This document shows, in pieces, positions 59,701-64,000 of a stretch of DNA of 64,000 nucleotides (within the stretch, counting starts at the first letter, position 1; each line of letters starts with the position of its first letter). Both the position numbers and the translations under genes were made by a program. The notes beneath the pieces were generated by a model. It worked only from the letters and a program-made list of their open reading frames with translations. It did not search any database and was not told the origin of the DNA. The stretch is from positions 32,001 through 96,000 of IMG/VR virus record IMGVR_UViG_3300029288_000072; one strand, 5' to 3'. Source of the DNA: a virus (Duplodnaviria; Caudoviricetes).

Positions 59701-61899
59701 TGCAGTATTATCATATGGGGCCGAATTAAAATTTTCTGTCCATTGACCATTTATGTATGTTATAGTATATTTTCCACAATATGGAAGTGTTACCCGTTCA
59801 CCATATGCAATATTTGATCGTATAGACATTACTTCGGCAATTACTTCTCCATCTCTTGATGCAGAATCATTATAAATGTACGATCCTTCTGTAAATAATA
59901 GTCTATATTTTCCACATTGTTCAAGATTTAACGTAATTCCATCTTCTGAATTTCCAGGAATCATTATTACAGAATTAATAACATCTTCTACTTCACCAGA
60001 ATCTATACTATTTAATAATCCTTCTATACTTGAATCTGTTGCTGATGAAATTATATTTTGAGATACATCAACATATGTTGTATTTATTTTTTCAAATTTA
60101 TCAATAATATCATCTGATTCTGGAACATCTAATAAATAAACCTTTCCAGTAGTATTACCAGAATAAACAAATCCTTCTATATTTGAAACGTTATATCTTC
60201 TGAAATTTGATGGAACAGGAATATTATTTAGTGTATCATTTGATGCATCATTTACAAATTCTAATATTTTTTGTTCATCATTCGGTGTTATATTATATCC
60301 TTTAATTAGATCTTCTACTTCATATTTGTCTTGTCTAACTTCTGTTTTTACTTGTAACGAACCTGCTGCTTCTCCTCTTGCAACCGCCATAGAATAATCA
60401 GTAATTGTTTTAAAATATGATATTCCTAAATCATCATTTTTTGTTAATGATTCCATATCATCTCGTACAGCAGTTTTTCCAAATTTTGAGAATTGTGATA
60501 CATCAAGAGTATTCATTTCACTGAATCCACCAAGAATAACACAAGAAGATGATCCTTCTCCTCCTTGTAGATGGAAACATCTTGGAGAATTTAAATTAAT
60601 TGATACATCTTTTACGAAAGTATTATTTGACCATATTTCTGCATTACTTAATACACTCGTTACACTAGTTTCTGTTGTTTTTATACCACCAACTACTATA
60701 CCATTATCAATATTTCCGCTTGCAGAACCAAATGCTCTATCTTCGTTTAGTGCTCCTATTTTATGAGGATTTTCTGTTTCTGATGTATTAGCACTAATCC
60801 AATTTATAGGATCTATTGTTCCTAAAAATTCTATTTCATCTGATGAATAATCTGGTTTTATTGATATTTGTGCATCTATAGCATGCGATAATTTATTTTC
60901 TAAAGAATCTTCTGGTATATTATTAATTTCATTTTGTTTTAATATACATGAATCTTCTGTATATGTTCCAATTGGACCTAATGTAGTAATATTATTTGTA
61001 CTTGTTAATGTTCCTATCCAATGTGATATTATTGTATCAGAAAATAAACTTGAATTTTGTGTATTTTTCTTTTGAGATGAATCTAATACTAAACTAGATG
61101 TGTTATCTTTAATTCGTACTGCAAGTTGGCTATTTAAGCCATGATAATTACCAAAATGTTGTGGGTCAAATATATAATTTATGTTTAATAATATTTCTGC
61201 AATTTTTAATTTTTCAAATGGTTTTGTTGATATTCTTAAATGTGGTATGGATAACCACCCACCATTTCTAAATTCATCAGATGTTAAAAATCCTGAATAT
61301 TGTGATGGATTTGAAACGTATTTTTTATATTCATCATTAATATATTTATCAGGAGACCAAAATTTTATAAAATCAGTTGCTTCTATATTTTCTGTACTAT
61401 TATTAGGAATTATTACATTTGAATATTGAGAATCGTTATTTTGAAAATCTACTTTAACCCTTCCTACCCACCAAACATTTCCAAATTTGTTTAATTTATT
61501 AAAAACTAAAAACGAGTCTAAATTTGATAAAAAATCTTCTAAATTAGTTTCTTCGACTTCTATATCTTGTAACGACAATTTTTCTTGAAAATCATCCCAT
61601 TTTACATTTGATTCTGGATATGTCCATAAATCTCTCAAAAATACTTCATTTAATCTATCAGGTTCCCCTGCAACTAAAAATGTATTAGAAGACCATGAAT
61701 CTCTAAATGTCATAACAGTACCAGATGTTGGTAATGTTACTGTTTCTCCTCCTGCACTTAATCTTTCGGTGGTAGAATGGGCGATATTAGAATATGTAGG
61801 AACGAAAATCTGGCATTCGTCTTTTTTTATTGTAAAACGAACGCCAGAATATGCTTTATAAAACTCGCCCCAATTTATCCCTTGATCGTCTAATGACAT
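56719..61899 (-). CDS. large putative tail/baseplate protein with Kelch-like GG repeats (1726 aa)
   Basis: VVGG/ILGG/STGG/FWGG repeats, YEYNGVTW; acidic and S/T/N-rich. Confidence 0.65.
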   Translation of the reverse strand: MSLDDQGINWGEFYKAYSGVRFTIKKDECQIFVPTYSNIAHSTTERLSAGGETVTLPTSGTVMTFRDSWSSNTFLVAGEPDRLNEVFLRDLWTYPESNVKWDDFQEKLSLQDIEVEETNLEDFLSNLDSFLVFNKLNKFGNVWWVGRVKVDFQNNDSQYSNVIIPNNSTENIEATDFIKFWSPDKYINDEYKKYVSNPSQYSGFLTSDEFRNGGWLSIPHLRISTKPFEKLKIAEILLNINYIFDPQHFGNYHGLNSQLAVRIKDNTSSLVLDSSQKKNTQNSSLFSDTIISHWIGTLTSTNNITTLGPIGTYTEDSCILKQNEINNIPEDSLENKLSHAIDAQISIKPDYSSDEIEFLGTIDPINWISANTSETENPHKIGALNEDRAFGSASGNIDNGIVVGGIKTTETSVTSVLSNAEIWSNNTFVKDVSINLNSPRCFHLQGGEGSSSCVILGGFSEMNTLDVSQFSKFGKTAVRDDMESLTKNDDLGISYFKTITDYSMAVARGEAAGSLQVKTEVRQDKYEVEDLIKGYNITPNDEQKILEFVNDASNDTLNNIPVPSNFRRYNVSNIEGFVYSGNTTGKVYLLDVPESDDIIDKFEKINTTYVDVSQNIISSATDSSIEGLLNSIDSGEVEDVINSVIMIPGNSEDGITLNLEQCGKYRLLFTEGSYIYNDSASRDGEVIAEVMSIRSNIAYGERVTLPYCGKYTITYINGQWTENFNSAPYDNTALMVLLNNNVIANPIFATVDISGGTANEYTFCNDIEGSELRLTVSDWKFDDNGGSVNVKVVYSGTSGCSACNSDLNAYGSNTEVLLNEQTITNTFNSGIMTSQTNVENYINARPTQKEYTFCVGLPNSTLRLKMLDISDSNIENNGGFVNARLYYLGTQECSCILDEEADTTQSDIAITYGTLDPTKNYPVRCHGACYVGDNNSGISTGGRTEYNTISNIECNLREKYGLIAKNSCTTDSILENELESNRVLDLVYEYNGVTWIRKQNLFESVYYHTGVGTSENAIFWGGLHDTLNTFSYNVNIETADVSAMSVSAFSCQENKTSSIETTELFGSEYEELPILENSECWNIPTWETSAITGSKTNDPRYRTGEATLAYATDPNFPEIILATVGPINPTSFTSQDTSGYTFTISAPNKLSVEKTYSPSEAQFIAIGYVLENNLVTSKTIQGNIFVSNLVLNLTSLDYDMYPTASYGGSISFNLTDIRVINGGQVLIYYEIIHINTNFNLRGYGILTFNSMEEIWQSIKNNESISAVSNSFTILDSTESSDLINETITGNCTLTFNIITDSTTLIGVENIEETWGSQNCDFTLSDFITFDFNYYDDNNQRWGYPLWVKGLVDEISGFFRIEYDYSTKLAESTSTEGQNIFEVSNINLEINDISSIVNNRFLIAGTTTKQTHTFTAINDTMFVDDLSAALNLYSYCESVTASTSQSIDISAQDYGYSEWASSFIQEYRSDERFNAVDDFIPSNSEGIIGNNNLISYIKNPWKRFMDGVGLGGDVPDYSTIVDLEGIRKSVNEWGNIGSWYIGQMAFGTPDRAVVVGGHEINPSSNKIGLHAHPTSKRIFIWDFAQIPPEDTYSKNYIGRRLWTYYVDSNGIIVPCGVKTTFGTTIFEAGSNIVVERMGTVDFVDINTITVKFDSPMPEEIGTNYSISLMPNDNIKTWWQNKTINGFILTVELSSWTGKIDYIATAEMTVTEEDINNLDPLDGYIFDK

Positions 61900-61911
61900 T
61901 TACCTTCCTAA

Positions 61912-62475
61912 TTATTCCTTTGGTGTAGCAGAATCGGGAGTTATTTTTTCTTTCAATAATTTTTCAACTAATTCTCTACCACGTTGTTCTATTTTAGCTT
62001 TTAATACTTCATTAGTTGATGCTTTTTCTAAAGCAAATCTTATAGTTTCTGCCATTTTATTTTCTGATGTAGGCTTTGCTGCTTGAACTTTTGCCCAATT
62101 TTCTGTCCAATTAATTCCTTTAACAAGAAGTCCTTCTGTCATCTGTTCAACTGCTTCTGGTGCATCTACACCATATTTCTTTTCAAGTTTCTTTATAACA
62201 ATTTTTACAATTACTACAACTAATGCACCAAATATAGGAATTAAAATTGCAAGTAAACTTAATAATAATCCCTGCCATGCACTCGTTGTCGGTACTGCTG
62301 GTTGAGTTTGTGCCTGTCCAGATACAGTTAAGTCTGTTTTAATATCAGATGATTCTACAGCATTATCAATAACAATTGTTTCTGTTACTGCTGGTAGAAT
62401 TGTATCTTCTGCATAAGACATTTGTCCAAATAGACTTAGGTTTAGTGCCATTAGGCCGATCAATATGTATTTCAT
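61912..62475 (-). CDS. membrane protein, possibly LL-H-type holin-like
   Basis: Signal-like N-terminus, one long TM, then helical GINWTENWAK...KMAETI; AAGGAG RBS. Confidence 0.4.
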   Translation of the reverse strand: MKYILIGLMALNLSLFGQMSYAEDTILPAVTETIVIDNAVESSDIKTDLTVSGQAQTQPAVPTTSAWQGLLLSLLAILIPIFGALVVVIVKIVIKKLEKKYGVDAPEAVEQMTEGLLVKGINWTENWAKVQAAKPTSENKMAETIRFALEKASTNEVLKAKIEQRGRELVEKLLKEKITPDSATPKE

Positions 62476-62514
62476 AATATTCTCCTTATTTTAATTATAT
62501 TATATCATAACAGT

Positions 62515-64000
62515 TTAATTTATACAGTCTTGCCCCTCTCCAATAAATAAATCTTCGTGTTCACCTGCAGAAGGTTGGTCATCAGGAGGAACAGCAATAC
62601 CTATTTTTGTTCCTAAAATGATGAGATTACCTTCAAATGTATCTGCATCATTTTCTGCATCTCTTGATATTGTAAAATATACTAATGATCCTCTATTTGA
62701 TGTCAAATCTTCATAAAAGTTTCCGTACATTTCAAAATATCCAAGTCCACCCTGTAAGTATCTTGATAGAATAGGAACATTATATGTATATCTAGTATAA
62801 TCAATTAAACTTGGGTTTGCAAAATCGTTTGTATTTACTACTTTTACCCATATATCAAATTTTACATACCCACAAATAGTGTCTAAATCTGATGCGCTTG
62901 TACATGCCGATGTTCCAGAGAACTCATTTTCACTAACTGCAAACGTAATACCCATAAATGACAGACCAGGATCCGGTCCATCAACTCTCATATCAAAATG
63001 GGCATATCGTGTAAATTCTGGATCAAATTCTAATCCATGCGTTGCCGGAATACTAAATGGTACATCAGCACCAAATGATAAATCAACACTTCTTGGCCCA
63101 TTTTCTTGATCCCAATCTAACTGATCCACGTTTTTAACAAATTGTGTTAGACAAATCCAATCTTGTTTTGTCATTAAATTAGGTAATAATACATTTCCGC
63201 ATCCATTACCAACATGGCGACCATTTACAGTCGTAACATTCCATTTTGTTATTCCATTTATATAATCATAAAATTCATTAATATCTGCATTTGTAATGTT
63301 ATATTCTTCAAATGGATGAGGAAGACCACCCATAAACATATTAGAAATTGCTATTGCTCCGTCTACTTTTGTTCTTCTAATTCTTATTTTTATTGTTTCT
63401 GTATTTTTACCAACTTTAAATTTTAAAATATTTGTTCTATATTTAGGTAGCCAGTTATCATGTTTTGCATACAGATCGTGATGTGGCCATGGACCAAGAA
63501 CAATTACTTCTTGAATTGTTCCAACTGCGCCTACAATTTCAATACCAACATCTTCATATCTTGCATAACAATTTGTTGATAAATCTGGTTCACATGTTCC
63601 ATCAGCAGGAGATCCTGTTGTAGCACTCGTTCCGCTTGTTCCAGTTCCACTTGTTCCGCTAGTCCCCGTTCCTGTTGTACCAGTCGTTCCAGCAGATAAA
63701 CAATTTGGTATTCCTACAAATTCTACATTTGTAATAGTAGAACTATCACAATATGGTATTTCACTGTCAAATGGCACATTAGGTACTAATGAGTTTAAAT
63801 ATACACCCGTTCCTTTAATAGCAAATATTAATTCCCCACCACGCAAGAAAGTTGGAATATAAAAGTCTCTTTCTAGCCAAATTCCATGAGATCCATTTGT
63901 ATCGGTATATGATATACCACCTTTATATACTAGTAAATCGCTAGCACCTTCTAATTGGATATCTGTTTCATTTGAAACTGACCCATCATTAATTGCTAAC
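62515..64000 (-). CDS. putative structural protein, 5' end outside the window; TGTSG low-complexity tract
   Basis: Frame appears open to the window edge; GTTGTTGTGTSGTSGTGTSG. Confidence 0.6.
   Translation of the reverse strand, partial: LAINDGSVSNETDIQLEGASDLLVYKGGISYTDTNGSHGIWLERDFYIPTFLRGGELIFAIKGTGVYLNSLVPNVPFDSEIPYCDSSTITNVEFVGIPNCLSAGTTGTTGTGTSGTSGTGTSGTSATTGSPADGTCEPDLSTNCYARYEDVGIEIVGAVGTIQEVIVLGPWPHHDLYAKHDNWLPKYRTNILKFKVGKNTETIKIRIRRTKVDGAIAISNMFMGGLPHPFEEYNITNADINEFYDYINGITKWNVTTVNGRHVGNGCGNVLLPNLMTKQDWICLTQFVKNVDQLDWDQENGPRSVDLSFGADVPFSIPATHGLEFDPEFTRYAHFDMRVDGPDPGLSFMGITFAVSENEFSGTSACTSASDLDTICGYVKFDIWVKVVNTNDFANPSLIDYTRYTYNVPILSRYLQGGLGYFEMYGNFYEDLTSNRGSLVYFTISRDAENDADTFEGNLIILGTKIGIAVPPDDQPSAGEHEDLFIGEGQDCIN

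Noticed and set aside
1176-63426. Many short opposite-strand or nested ORFs in the track (e.g. 1176-1436, 3387-3815, 6027-6503, 21902-22243, 40963-41463, 57971-58216)
   Set aside because: They are shadows of better-supported genes and lack RBSs or motifs.
1-64000. Stop-codon reassignment (alternative genetic code)
   Set aside because: Long conserved genes are intact in the standard code, and TAA, TGA and TAG all end genes at sensible places.
1-64000. tRNA or rRNA genes
   Set aside because: No cloverleaf or T-loop (GTTCRA) context was recognised in the short intergenic gaps; a tRNAscan-SE run would be needed to exclude them.

Overview
AT-rich, densely coding window from a jumbo/huge phage with T4-superfamily traits: a gp23-like fragment and TATAAATA late-promoter boxes. 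Positions ~1-42,200 are mostly plus-strand early/accessory genes behind TTGAC(A/T)-N16-TA(T)AAT-like promoters. They include many small hypothetical proteins, RNA/nucleotide repair families (Thg1, Pth2-like, two 2H phosphoesterases, RlaP-like nucleotidyltransferase, ATP-grasp, NADAR, metallophosphoesterases), NAD-dependent DNA ligase, and Cas4-like and HNH nucleases. Positions ~42,200-64,000 are mostly minus-strand, probably late genes: a glycosylation cluster, Cys-rich collagen/poly-Ser fibre-like proteins and large structural proteins, with a small plus-strand block (dNMP kinase, ClpP). The most notable observations follow. (1) Three transposase-less TnpB-type elements and a free-standing LAGLIDADG endonuclease all carry a T4-type late promoter; two have resolvable ends and a TTCAT TAM, and excising one restores a Pth2-like ORF in frame. 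(2) A late-promoter operon encodes a coiled-coil membrane protein, a stand-alone receiver and an intramembrane-type histidine kinase. (3) A dispersed family of at least 8 microproteins, mostly unannotated, shares a C-terminal [DN]-x-F-x-x-x-W-x-x-aromatic motif. (4) Truncated paralogs of capsid, terminase and possibly tail-tube proteins sit among the early genes. (5) A metallophosphoesterase gene is completed only by a -1 shift at T-TTT-TTA. No CRISPR array, tRNA or rRNA was recognised. All family calls come from motif reading by eye, not database searches.
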